NCBI GenBank assembly: GCA_021204335.1
Contig: JAJPZM010000306.1
Coordinates: 1 to 57,440, forward strand
Direction of reading: 5' to 3'
DNA: 57,440 bases
Origin: Parabacteroides sp.
Lineage (GTDB): Bacteria; Bacteroidota; Bacteroidia; Bacteroidales; Tannerellaceae
Positions 48,495-57,440 of the stretch are shown piece by piece (position 1 is the stretch's first letter; every line of letters begins with the position of its first letter). The notes under the pieces were generated by a model. It searched no databases. It was not told the origin of the DNA and saw nothing but the letters and a program-made list of their open reading frames with translations. Both the position numbers and the translations under genes were made by a program.

Positions 48495-50219
48495 ATGGGA
48501 AAATACTGGCAAATACTTAAACGATATAAAGTCGGACTGCTGATCAGTCCGCTACTTGTTCTGATCACTGTACTGTGCGAGACCGTCCAGCCCATGTTGA
48601 TGGCTGATATCATCGACAATGGGGTCATGCCGCGCGACCTGTCGGTCATTACCCATGTCGGGACTTATATGGTGTTGATATCGATTGCCGGATTACTGGT
48701 CAGTATCGTAAACATATATATATCTTCCCGCATCGGTATCGGATTCGGGACGGATTTGCGGGGAGAACTGTTCAATAAGATACAGCAATTGTCCTTTTTC
48801 GATATAGACAAATTCAGTTCCGCCTCTCTTGTTACCCGGCTGACGAGCGATATTTCCCGCATTCAGCAAATCGTCCTAATGTCGCTCCGGCTTCTGCTGC
48901 GTTCCCCTTTAATGTTGGCAATGGCTGTCTTTTTTGTTGTCAGAATCAACCGGGAGTTGGCCGTGGTGCTGCTTGCCGCCATTCCGATATTGGGCGGAAG
49001 CGTTTATCTGATTCTGAGTAAAGGCTTTCCCTACTTTCTGAAAGTACAGCAAAAGGTGGATCAACTGAACGGAGTCGTCCGCGAGAACCTGATCAATATC
49101 CGCGTGGTTAAATCGTTTGTCAGGGAGGATTTCGAAACAAAGAAGTTCGTCAGGAGCAGCGAAGAGTTGCGCGACATGGTTATCCGGGCATCCAACATCG
49201 TCGTTTCCATATTTCCGGTCATGCAGTTGGTAATGAACTTATCTATCCTGGCTATTCTGTGGCTGGGCGGACAAAAAGTGATGCTTGGAGAGCTGAAAGT
49301 GGGCGAACTAATCTCGTTTGTCAACTATCTGGCACAGATATTGATGTCGCTGATGATGCTTTCGATGATTATCATGTCGTATGCCCGCGCTTCCGCGTCT
49401 TCCAAACGTATTCTGGAAGTACTGGATACAAAGCCATCGCTGACCAATACGAAAGAAGGGCTTTCGGATAAACATCGGATAGAGAAGGGAGATGTCGTAT
49501 TTGAGGATGTCAGCTTCCGTTACACCGGCGGAGAGAACGACATGCTGCAACATATCAGTTTTCATGCCAAACCGGGAGAAACGATTGCCTTGGCAGGAGC
49601 GACCGGTTCTGCCAAAAGTTCACTGGTTCAACTGATTGCCCGATTGTATGATGCCACTTCGGGAGAAATACGGATAGACGGCATTCCGGTAAAGGATTAT
49701 AATCTGGACGAACTGCATGCCCACATCGGCATGGTTTTGCAAAAGAACGAACTGTTTACCGGCACTATCATCGACAACCTCAGATGGGGCAAGCCCGATG
49801 CTTCCATGGATGAGATTGAAGAAGCCGCCCTCGCTGCCGAAGCACACGATTTCATCCTCTCCTTCACCGATGGCTACAACACACTATTGGGACGCGGCGG
49901 CATCAACGTGTCCGGCGGACAGAAACAACGCCTTTGCATCGCCCGCGCCCTGCTCCGCAAACCGAAAATCCTTATTCTGGACGACAGTACCAGCGCCGTC
50001 GACACCGAAACGGAATTGAAAATACGAAACAACCTGAATGCCCTGCTGCATGACACAACGGTGTTCATCATCACCCAACGCATCAACACCATGCAATCGG
50101 CAGACCGGGTTATCCTTTTGGAAGACGGAGAAATCAATGCAATCGGCACTCCGGACGAACTGATAAAAACGTCTGAGGTATACCAGGAAATATATCATTC
50201 ACAACAAGTATTGCTTTAA
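48495..50219 (+). CDS. Heterodimeric ABC exporter, subunit with degenerate Walker B and H-loop
   Basis: TM domain plus GATGSAKS, VSGGQKQR, LILDDS, ITQR. -7 box at about 48477-48484. Confidence 0.92.
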   Translation: MGKYWQILKRYKVGLLISPLLVLITVLCETVQPMLMADIIDNGVMPRDLSVITHVGTYMVLISIAGLLVSIVNIYISSRIGIGFGTDLRGELFNKIQQLSFFDIDKFSSASLVTRLTSDISRIQQIVLMSLRLLLRSPLMLAMAVFFVVRINRELAVVLLAAIPILGGSVYLILSKGFPYFLKVQQKVDQLNGVVRENLINIRVVKSFVREDFETKKFVRSSEELRDMVIRASNIVVSIFPVMQLVMNLSILAILWLGGQKVMLGELKVGELISFVNYLAQILMSLMMLSMIIMSYARASASSKRILEVLDTKPSLTNTKEGLSDKHRIEKGDVVFEDVSFRYTGGENDMLQHISFHAKPGETIALAGATGSAKSSLVQLIARLYDATSGEIRIDGIPVKDYNLDELHAHIGMVLQKNELFTGTIIDNLRWGKPDASMDEIEEAALAAEAHDFILSFTDGYNTLLGRGGINVSGGQKQRLCIARALLRKPKILILDDSTSAVDTETELKIRNNLNALLHDTTVFIITQRINTMQSADRVILLEDGEINAIGTPDELIKTSEVYQEIYHSQQVLL

Positions 50220-50222
50220 GAT

Positions 50223-51989
50223 ATGGCACACGGAGATCATTTAAAATACAATGCAAAGCCGAAGGAAACAAAGAAAACGTTCTTCCGGCTGATTTCATAC
50301 CTGTCCTGCGACCGGCGCCTACTCTTTGTGATTGGTTTCCTGATTATTGTCAGCATCGCAGCAAACCTACTGGGTTCCTATATGTTGCGCCCTATCATCA
50401 ATGAATATATCATTCCCGGCGATTTCCACGGACTGCTCCGGATACTGCTTATTCTTGCAGCCATTTACCTGACTGGCGTAGCTGCCGTCTATATCCAATA
50501 CATCTTGCTGAATAAGATAGGTCAGCGCACCGTCACCCGCATGCGTTCAGATTTGTTTGAAAAGATGGAGCGCCTACCGCTCAAGTACTTCGACACCCAC
50601 CAGCATGGCGACCTGATGAGCCGCTACACCAACGACATCGACCGGATCAGCGATGCCCTGACCGACAGCCTGTCCGATATGTTATCCAGTGCCCTGACAC
50701 TGATCGGAATCTTCTGCCTGATGATTTATATCAGCCCGATACTCACATTGGTAACGCTTGTCACCGTCCCGCTGATGTTCTTGGGAGCGAAAGGAATTGT
50801 GAAACGGAGCCGCAAATATTTCAAGGCACAACAGGAATCTATCGGCACCTTGAACGGCTATATCGAAGAAATGATAAGCGGTCAGAAGGTCATCAAAGTA
50901 TTCGGACACGAAAAGAAAGTACAAACAGACTTCGACACGCTCAACGGCGACCTGAAAGGCAAATCGGAAAAAGCCCAGTTCTATTCCGGTATGATGATGC
51001 CTTTGATGCAAAACCTGAATACGTTGAATTATGTGTTTATCACGATTGTCGGCGCCCTGCTTGCCATCTTCCGCGGGTTCGATGTAGGCGGTCTGGCGGC
51101 ATTCCTGCAATATTCGCGCCAGTTCGGGCGGCCTATCAACGAGCTTGCCAGTCTTTACAACAGCATCCAGGCTGCCATTGCCGGTGCCGAACGCATCTTT
51201 GAAGTCATCGACGAAGCCCCCGAAACACCGGATGCACCGGATGCCATTGCGCTGCAACACGTGCAGGGCGACGTTGCCATGAAAGAGGTCTATTTCGGAT
51301 ATAAACCCGAGAAAACAATCCTGAAAGGCATCTCCCTGCATGCTTCTGCCGGATGCAAGATTGCGCTGGTCGGCGCTACGGGAGCCGGCAAAACGACGAT
51401 ACTGAATATGCTTCCCCGCTTCTTCGACATTCAATCGGGAGAAATCACGATAGACGGGCACTCCATACAGGATATCAAACGAAACAACCTGCGCCAATCG
51501 ATGGCTATCGTATTGCAGGACACGCATCTGTTTACCGGAACCGTACGCGAAAATATCCGTTTCGGACGGCTCGACGCTACCGACGAAGAGGTGGTACAGG
51601 CAGCCAAACTGACGGCTGCCCATTCCTTCATAAAACGTCTGCCCCAAGGCTACGACACCTTATTGGAAAACGACGGTTCCAACCTCAGTCAGGGACAGCG
51701 ACAACTGCTCAACATCGCCTGCGCCACCATTGCCGACCCTCCTATCCTGCTGCTCGACGAAGCGACCAGCAATATCGACACCCGCAGCGAAATCCTTATC
51801 CAGCGAGGTCTCGACCAACTGATGCAGGGACGCACCAGCCTGATCATCGCCCATCGTCTCTCTACTGTAAGAAACGCCGACCTCATCCTTGTTCTCGAAC
51901 ATGGACGAATTGTAGAACAGGGCAACCACCAGGAGCTAATTGCTCTAAAAGGCAAATATTACTCTCTGAACCAGGAGCAGTTTAAGTAA
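50223..51989 (+). CDS. Heterodimeric ABC exporter, subunit with consensus Walker B and H-loop
   Basis: GATGAGKTT, LSQGQRQ, LLLDEATS, IAHRLST. Confidence 0.92.
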   Translation: MAHGDHLKYNAKPKETKKTFFRLISYLSCDRRLLFVIGFLIIVSIAANLLGSYMLRPIINEYIIPGDFHGLLRILLILAAIYLTGVAAVYIQYILLNKIGQRTVTRMRSDLFEKMERLPLKYFDTHQHGDLMSRYTNDIDRISDALTDSLSDMLSSALTLIGIFCLMIYISPILTLVTLVTVPLMFLGAKGIVKRSRKYFKAQQESIGTLNGYIEEMISGQKVIKVFGHEKKVQTDFDTLNGDLKGKSEKAQFYSGMMMPLMQNLNTLNYVFITIVGALLAIFRGFDVGGLAAFLQYSRQFGRPINELASLYNSIQAAIAGAERIFEVIDEAPETPDAPDAIALQHVQGDVAMKEVYFGYKPEKTILKGISLHASAGCKIALVGATGAGKTTILNMLPRFFDIQSGEITIDGHSIQDIKRNNLRQSMAIVLQDTHLFTGTVRENIRFGRLDATDEEVVQAAKLTAAHSFIKRLPQGYDTLLENDGSNLSQGQRQLLNIACATIADPPILLLDEATSNIDTRSEILIQRGLDQLMQGRTSLIIAHRLSTVRNADLILVLEHGRIVEQGNHQELIALKGKYYSLNQEQFK

Positions 51990-52062
51990 ATCTTAGCAGC
52001 CAATGTAAGAAAAAAAGAATATCTTTGTACTAACATTCATTTAATAGAGAAAGGAGTTATAT

Positions 52063-52323
52063 ATGACAGCAGTAGAACTCAGACTTACCCTTTTACAGGA
52101 AATAGCCACCATACTCGACGACGAGGCTTTGGTCAAAAAAGCCCTTACCTCCATTCGCCGCCTGAAACAGGTTGCCACAAAGTCTAATTACGAAGAAGAC
52201 AGGGAGCCGACGAAAGAGGAGATGCTGGAAAGCATAAAAGAAGGTCTCCAGGCTATCAAGGCACGCAGAGAAGGGAAAGACACGACCGGTATGTTCAGTG
52301 ATGTTAGTGAATTACTCCGATGA
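52063..52323 (+). CDS. Small protein, putative antitoxin
   Basis: 86 aa, ATGA-coupled to the downstream RelE-like gene; own -7 box at 52020-52027. Confidence 0.6.
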   Translation: MTAVELRLTLLQEIATILDDEALVKKALTSIRRLKQVATKSNYEEDREPTKEEMLESIKEGLQAIKARREGKDTTGMFSDVSELLR

Positions 52324-52658
52324 AGTATAAGATAGAAACATTCAGGGATTTTAATAAAGCATTTAAACGCCTGAGCAAAAAAAATACCATTCGTTAAAAA
52401 GTAATCTTGCCGCATTAGTCGGGGAACTCGAACAAAATCCCCAACTCGGTGTCGATCTGGCCATACGGACTTCATAAAGTCCGTATGGCCATCGCCTCCA
52501 AAGGAAAAGGCAAAAGCCACGGAGCACGAGTGATTACCCATACCGCAATCGTCAGCGTGGAAGATGGTGTAATCACTTTACTTTATATTTACGACAAAGC
52601 CGACCAGGATAGCATTACCGACAAAGAACTGGTTGAACTGATGAAAAGATTTCTCTAA
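52320..52658 (+). CDS. RelE/ParE-family toxin with two compensating apparent frameshifts (about 52380 and about 52460)
   Basis: F.K.FKRLSKKY.SL...L..NP.LG, HKVRMAIASKGKGKS.GARVIT, LLYIYDK. Confidence 0.75.
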
Positions 52659-52672
52659 CTACATCCCCTCCC

Positions 52673-52782
52673 AGTTTCTTCTGCAGGAAACTACAGTTTC
52701 CTCCTAAGGAAACGCGCGTTTCCACCCGAGGAAACCGGAGTTCCCTCCGCGGGAAACTGGAGTTTCCAAATCAAGAAACTAC
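52673..52782. repeat. Five tandem 22-bp palindromic units AGTTTC-N8-GAAACT-N2
   Basis: Units start at 52673, 52695, 52717, 52739 and 52761. Confidence 0.85.
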
Positions 52783-52904
52783 GAGAAAACTGTAATCAAT
52801 TGTATAATAACATACTAACCCCTTTTCATTATAAAACAACAAATCCCCCCCCCGACGACTAAGCGACCGGGAGGATTCTACAATTCAAATACTAATCTAT
52901 AAAC

Positions 52905-54854
52905 TTACATGTGAATGCGATAAACAGAGAAACTTAACGGGCTGAGAACAACTTCGGCAGCCGGTGCATCCAACTCCACATCCGAAACAACAGGCACTAC
53001 CTGATTCGGAGCGCAGATCGTATTTTTAGCTTCCAGGTCGGATGCGTGAAGCAACGTCAATGTTCCTTTATACTTGCCCGACAGGCCGTTCAGATCGAGT
53101 TTTACTCTCCTGTGCTGGATGCCGGTATTGGCAATCTTGATGATCAATTCATTTGTATTCTTATCGACAGCAGCTGTTGCATAAAGGTCGTTCTGGCCGG
53201 TAACCGGTTCATTCTGCATGCTCAACGGCACGACATTTGTTCCGGCATTATGACCATACAGTTGCTGTACATAATAATTCGGAGTCTTTACCAAAGAGAG
53301 ATTATCGAACCAAATCAAATCGGGACGCCATTGCCAGGCATCGACATGGGCGAACAACGGTGCATACGTACAAATATGAACTACATCGGCATTACGTTCG
53401 AAACCGGTCATGAAAGCCGCTTCGCAAAGAGCGGTCAGGAAACTGTTTTCGCGGTTAGCGGGATGGCAGGCATATTCGCCGGCAAATACTTTAGGACCGT
53501 TGCGGTCGTAAGAATCATACCTTTTAGCCCCTTTCAGGAACCATTCCGGCGAACGATAGAAGTGTTCGTCTACCAAATCCACTTTCATACGCTTCATTTC
53601 CGGCCATAAGAAGTCGAAATCCTCTCCTTCTGCCTGTGGGCCGGAGCTGCCGATTACGTTTATCTCCGGATATTTTGCACGGATCGCTTTAACAAACGGT
53701 TCCAGGCGTTCGGTAAACAGGGTCCCCCACTGCTCGTTACCGATAGCGATAAACCTCAAATTGAAAGGAGCCGCATGTCCCATATCGGCACGCAATTTAC
53801 CCCACTTGGAAGTGATGGGGCCGTTGGCAAACTCGATCAGGTCGAGCGCATCATCAATATAAGGCTGCAACTTGTCGACAGCACAGTTTTCATTCGGATC
53901 GTCGTTCTCATACTGGCAGGAAAGACCGCAGTTCAGCACCGGAAGCGGCTCGGCACCAATGTCCTCGCTCAACTGGAAATATTCGAAGAAGCCTAAGCCA
54001 TAAGACTGGTAATAATCAGGAAACTTCTTATAAGGGAACGTATAATTCCAACGGTTAATATTGATCGGGCGATTCTCAACCGGTCCTACCGTATTCTTCC
54101 ATTGGTAACGGGTTGCCAGGTTCGTTCCTTCCACGATGCAACCACCGGGGAAACGGAAAACACCGGGCTTCAAGTCTTTCAAAGCCTGGGCAAGATCGGC
54201 ACGCATGCCGTTGGGACGGTTGTTGAATGTCTTCTGCGGGAACAGAGAGATATGCTCCAGATCGGCAGTGCCCTGAGTAAGCATCGTGATACGCAGGCGG
54301 GAATGAGCCTCGGTTGTTTCAGGAGTCAGCACAACGGAATACTTTTTCCAGTCTTTTCCGCTGATCTCAAGTTCTTTTGCTTCGTAAATATCATGCTCGC
54401 TATTGACCAGGTTGATCTGGAACTTGATCGGAGCGTTTGTTACCGTACGGGCATAAAAAGAGAAATCATACTTCTCGCCAGCCTTAATGCCGATACCTTT
54501 AAAACCTTCGTTATCCAGCCCGGTTCCAGTCAATTCCTTATTATAGGAAAGACGGGCATAATGCGGATTCCTGTCGAAACAGGGAGACTTCGTCTGGATC
54601 GTTACATTCCCGAAAGGAACCCAGCCGCCCAGAGGATTTTCAAACTCAAACGAACGATTCTTTATTAACTCTGCATACAATCCGCCATCGGCGCCAAAGT
54701 TAATATCTTCAAAGAAGATACCATACATAGTCGACTGGATAGGTGCCCCCGTTTGTTGCACATCTATCTTAAACTCGTTGATCTGCGCCATCAGACCACT
54801 CACTCCCAAACTCAAGAGGAACAGGGAAAGCCCTTTTTTCATGCTTCTTCTCAT
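52905..54854 (-). CDS. Second GH51 alpha-L-arabinofuranosidase with an N-terminal CBM-like domain
   Basis: YGIFFEDIN.GADGGLYAEL, FRFPGGCIVEG, AIGNEQWG, FAGEYA, YAPLF. Confidence 0.95.
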   Translation of the reverse strand: MRRSMKKGLSLFLLSLGVSGLMAQINEFKIDVQQTGAPIQSTMYGIFFEDINFGADGGLYAELIKNRSFEFENPLGGWVPFGNVTIQTKSPCFDRNPHYARLSYNKELTGTGLDNEGFKGIGIKAGEKYDFSFYARTVTNAPIKFQINLVNSEHDIYEAKELEISGKDWKKYSVVLTPETTEAHSRLRITMLTQGTADLEHISLFPQKTFNNRPNGMRADLAQALKDLKPGVFRFPGGCIVEGTNLATRYQWKNTVGPVENRPININRWNYTFPYKKFPDYYQSYGLGFFEYFQLSEDIGAEPLPVLNCGLSCQYENDDPNENCAVDKLQPYIDDALDLIEFANGPITSKWGKLRADMGHAAPFNLRFIAIGNEQWGTLFTERLEPFVKAIRAKYPEINVIGSSGPQAEGEDFDFLWPEMKRMKVDLVDEHFYRSPEWFLKGAKRYDSYDRNGPKVFAGEYACHPANRENSFLTALCEAAFMTGFERNADVVHICTYAPLFAHVDAWQWRPDLIWFDNLSLVKTPNYYVQQLYGHNAGTNVVPLSMQNEPVTGQNDLYATAAVDKNTNELIIKIANTGIQHRRVKLDLNGLSGKYKGTLTLLHASDLEAKNTICAPNQVVPVVSDVELDAPAAEVVLSPLSFSVYRIHM

Positions 54855-54891
54855 AACAAGTGTTTTTCTGTAATAAAAGATTATTTAGCTG

Positions 54892-54948
54892 CAAATATAC
54901 ACTAATAGTCGATATAACGTGTGAACAAATACACTTATTTGGTAGACA
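54892..54948 (-). promoter_or_regulatory. GH51 promoter (TATATTTG) with a degenerate 21-bp-spaced repeat
   Basis: TGTGAACA at 54920 and GGTAGACA at 54941; same offset from the -7 box as at 48403. Confidence 0.5.
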
Positions 54949-55041
54949 AAAAGCCACTTTATGCTCTATAACATCTTTTCATGCATTCCAGATACAAAGA
55001 AGAAAGCTAATTTTACACACAATTTTGATAACATTACATAC

Positions 55042-56118
55042 ATGAAGAACAAGAGTACGCTGTCGGGCTTGACTGTAGCAAACTTCAGCAAGCAAATCGA
55101 CGGAAAGGAGACGATGCTATGTATCCTGACCAATAAAAAAGGTGCAGAACTTACCATTACCAACTACGGTGCAAAAATTGTATCGCTTATGGTACCGGAT
55201 CGGTCCGGAAAGTTAACCGATGTAGTTACCGGGCACAATTCCCTCGATGAATATCTGGTTTCAGAAGAACCTTATTTCGGAGCTGTCTGCGGACGCTACG
55301 GAAACCGTATTGCCAAAGGATCTTTCACTATAGACGGTGTTGTTTACGACAAACTGGCAATCAACAACGGTCCCAATTGCCTTCATGGCGGACTTAAAGG
55401 GTTCAATTCCGTTGTCTGGGACGCTAAGCAAACGGACGACCAGACTGTCGAACTGAAATATACCTCGGCCGACGGAGAAGAAGGCTTCCCCGGAACATTA
55501 CAAACAACAGTAACCTATCATCTGACAGATGATAACGAAGTAGTAATCATGTATCACGCAGTGACAGACAAACCGACTATCCTGAACCTGACCAACCACT
55601 CCTACTTCAACTTATCGGGAGCCGGCGATCCCTCGGTAGCCGATCATACATTGATAATCAATGCCGATCAGTATCTTCCAACAGACGAAACAGCAATTCC
55701 TTATGGCGCCCCCGAAAAGGTGGAAGGAACACCTATGGACTTCCGTACCCCCTATCTGGTTGGTGCCCGTATCGACGAACCGACCGACCAGCTGACTTGG
55801 GCAAGAGGTTACGACCATACCTATATATTAAATAAGGAAAAGGAAGAACTGGGCTTCTGCGCCCGTTGCCAATCCCCGAAAACAGGCATCATCATGGAAA
55901 CCTACACCACCGAACCGGGTGTACAATTATATACAGGCAACTGGATGACCGGCAATTTTGAAGGAAAGAACGGCCAGCGTTATCCGGCACGTGCAGCCCT
56001 CTGTCTGGAAACGCAACATTTCCCCGACAGCCCCAACAAATCGGAATATCCGTCGACGGTACTTCGTCCGGGAGAAGTGTTCGAGAGCAAAACGATTTAC
56101 AAATTCTCCGCAGAATAA
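55042..56118 (+). CDS. galM: Aldose 1-epimerase (mutarotase)
   Basis: GRYGNRIA, LHGG, DGEEGFPG, NLTNHSYFNL, GYDH, CLETQHFPDSPN. Confidence 0.93.
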   Translation: MKNKSTLSGLTVANFSKQIDGKETMLCILTNKKGAELTITNYGAKIVSLMVPDRSGKLTDVVTGHNSLDEYLVSEEPYFGAVCGRYGNRIAKGSFTIDGVVYDKLAINNGPNCLHGGLKGFNSVVWDAKQTDDQTVELKYTSADGEEGFPGTLQTTVTYHLTDDNEVVIMYHAVTDKPTILNLTNHSYFNLSGAGDPSVADHTLIINADQYLPTDETAIPYGAPEKVEGTPMDFRTPYLVGARIDEPTDQLTWARGYDHTYILNKEKEELGFCARCQSPKTGIIMETYTTEPGVQLYTGNWMTGNFEGKNGQRYPARAALCLETQHFPDSPNKSEYPSTVLRPGEVFESKTIYKFSAE

Positions 56119-56146
56119 CAAACTCGATTCATTAATAATCTAAATA

Positions 56147-57430
56147 ATGGAATCTACAAAAAAGAAAAGTTATGCACTACCCATAGCGATGATGTTCGCA
56201 TTGTTTGCTATGATTTCTTTCGTTACCGGTCTGCCGGCGCCTTTCGGTGCTATCGTGCAGAGCGAATTCGGGGCGACTAACCTTCAGGCCACTTTAGGTT
56301 TTGCAGCCAATTTTATCGCTTACGCCTTTATGGGTATCCCGTCCGGTCTGCTATTGCAGAAGATCGGTTATAAGAAAACAGCGTTGATCGCAATCGTTGT
56401 CGGTTTCATCGGTGTTGGCATCCAGGCTCTTTCGTCTAAGATGGGATTTGCCGTTTATGTAACAGGTGCTTTCGTTTCCGGTTTCTCTATGTGTACGTTG
56501 AATACGGTAGTAAACCCGATGTTAAACACATTGGGCGGTGGCGGTAAGAAAGGTAACCAGTTGATCCAGACAGGTGGTTCGCTGAACTCTTTGTCAGCTA
56601 CAATCGTTCCGGTATTGGTTGGTTATCTGATGGGTACGGTTGTTGAAGAACGTACTATCACTAAAGCATTACCGGCATTGTATATCGCTATGGCTATCTT
56701 TGCTATCGCATTCCTGGTACTGTTCATCATGAACATTCCGGAACCGAACTTGTCTGTTGCCAAGAAAGATGTAAAAGATCCTCACAGCCCATTGTCATTC
56801 CGTCACTTCAAACTGGGTGCTTTGGCTATTTTCGTATATGTAGGTATCGAGGTTGGTATTCCTCACTTCTCAGGTCTGTTTATGATGACTCCTGAAAGCG
56901 CCGGCGGTTTGGCTATCGACTCTACCATTGCCGGTTCAGTTGTGGGAACTTATTGGTTCCTGATGCTGATCGGCCGTTTGGTGGGTGCATCACTGGGTGC
57001 CAAGTTCTCCAGCAAACAGATGCTTACCTGTGCTTCTGCATTGGGTTTGATCTTTATCGGACTGGCATTTATCTGCCCGCTTTCGACACACGTCAGCATG
57101 CCGGTATTTATGAGCGATATCTCATTCGGTATGGCACAGGTTCCTATCAGCATCATGTTCTTCGCGCTGTGCGGGCTTTGTACTTCTATCATGTGGGGTG
57201 GCATTTTCAACCTGGCTGTTGAAGGTCTGGGTAAATATACGGAAGCAGCTTCCGGTATCTTTATGGTATTGGTTTGCGGTGGCGGTATTTTGCCAATGAC
57301 CCAGGGTGCTGTTTCCGACGGCGTTGGATTCATGGCCAGCTTCGTTGTAATTGTCATCGCTTTGGCTTACCTGTTGTTCTATGCACTAATCGGATGCAAG
57401 AACATAAATACAGATATTCACGTTAAGTAA
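56147..57430 (+). CDS. FucP/GluP-family MFS sugar transporter
   Basis: MISFVTGL, GYKKTAL, LNTVVNP, IFVYVGIEVG, TSIMWGGIFNLA. Confidence 0.9.
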   Translation: MESTKKKSYALPIAMMFALFAMISFVTGLPAPFGAIVQSEFGATNLQATLGFAANFIAYAFMGIPSGLLLQKIGYKKTALIAIVVGFIGVGIQALSSKMGFAVYVTGAFVSGFSMCTLNTVVNPMLNTLGGGGKKGNQLIQTGGSLNSLSATIVPVLVGYLMGTVVEERTITKALPALYIAMAIFAIAFLVLFIMNIPEPNLSVAKKDVKDPHSPLSFRHFKLGALAIFVYVGIEVGIPHFSGLFMMTPESAGGLAIDSTIAGSVVGTYWFLMLIGRLVGASLGAKFSSKQMLTCASALGLIFIGLAFICPLSTHVSMPVFMSDISFGMAQVPISIMFFALCGLCTSIMWGGIFNLAVEGLGKYTEAASGIFMVLVCGGGILPMTQGAVSDGVGFMASFVVIVIALAYLLFYALIGCKNINTDIHVK

Positions 57431-57440
57431 AAAATAAGTG

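Noticed and set aside
52673-52782. Mini-CRISPR
   Set aside because: The variable cores are only 8 nt, too short for spacers, and there is no leader or cas gene.
1-57440. tRNA or rRNA genes
   Set aside because: No cloverleaf with a T-loop motif or rRNA-like conserved stretch was seen in the intergenic regions; tRNAscan-SE and barrnap were not run.

Overview
This is chromosomal DNA from a Bacteroidales bacterium, most likely Parabacteroides, judged from gene content and repeated TAnnTTTG -7 promoter boxes. The window opens with the end of an AT-rich mobile element whose large serine integrase has inserted into the conserved NMDGT motif of a dicarboxylate/amino-acid symporter gene; a hybrid att site is visible at about 1500-1553. 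From left to right follow: a divergent VTC/DUF4956/DUF2490/Cthe_2159/LytS-LytTR module; xth; yhhQ with a candidate preQ1-I riboswitch; a GC-mosaic island (TPR-HTH membrane regulator, 9x21-bp palindromic array, DUF6261 protein, GLUG surface protein); potABCD; GT2/GtrA; a minimal ribose/nucleoside (rus-like) locus; an MFS transporter and a hybrid two-component regulator; an accessory patch (second DUF6261, Rpn, long structured RNA leader, REPIN); an arabinan PUL; a heterodimeric ABC exporter; a RelE-type TA pair with a 22-bp palindrome array; a second GH51; galM; and an MFS sugar transporter. About 13 frameshifts, mostly in homopolymers, plus point changes in canonical motifs suggest low-accuracy long-read sequence, so most split genes are probably intact. 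No rRNA, tRNA or CRISPR array was seen. All family calls are by-eye motif recognition; no database searches were run.
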